This document shows, in pieces, positions 63,961 through 64,000 of a DNA stretch of 64,000 bases; within the stretch, counting starts at the first letter, position 1, and the number at the start of each line of letters is the position of its first letter. The notes beneath the pieces are model-generated. The model was not told the DNA's origin. It did not search any database and worked only from the letters and a program-made list of their open reading frames with translations. Both the position numbers and the translations under genes were made by a program. This DNA is from Basidiobolus meristosporus CBS 931.73 (lineage: Eukaryota; Fungi; Basidiobolomycota), in assembly GCA_002104905.1 (NCBI GenBank), contig MCFE01000395.1:1-64000 (forward strand), given 5' to 3'.

Positions 63961-64000
63961 TCTTGAGACTTGAACAGAGTGATAGCATGTCCAACAGCTC

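Noticed and set aside
1-64000. tRNA, rRNA or host protein genes
   Set aside because: None recognised; the tRNA-like matches are only PBS complements.

Overview
This 64-kb window contains no recognisable host gene. It is almost entirely nested, mostly decayed transposable elements from a CpG-depleted eukaryote, probably a fungus: the copia primer-binding sites match the U33-type fungal tRNAiMet anticodon arm. Family names below are my own labels. The oldest layer consists of four copies of a CACTA/EnSpm-like DNA transposon (transposase plus a divergently oriented second ORF), an old Ty3/gypsy integrase (Gypsy-B) followed by an extra ORF, and old copia remnants. Later layers are an ISL2EU/Harbinger-type transposase remnant with a related ~730-bp fold-back MITE, two Ty1/copia families (Copia-A, 349-bp LTR; Copia-B, 369-bp LTR; two TSD-bounded elements each plus solo LTRs) and one Ty3/gypsy family (Gypsy-A, ~367-bp LTR, 4-bp TSD; four elements plus one solo LTR). 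The only long open reading frame is Gypsy-A1 gag-pol (11594-15571). Its LTRs look identical, yet it carries a clean in-frame deletion of the protease active site. All assignments come from reading motifs and aligning copies by eye; no searches were run, and boundaries of decayed remnants are approximate.
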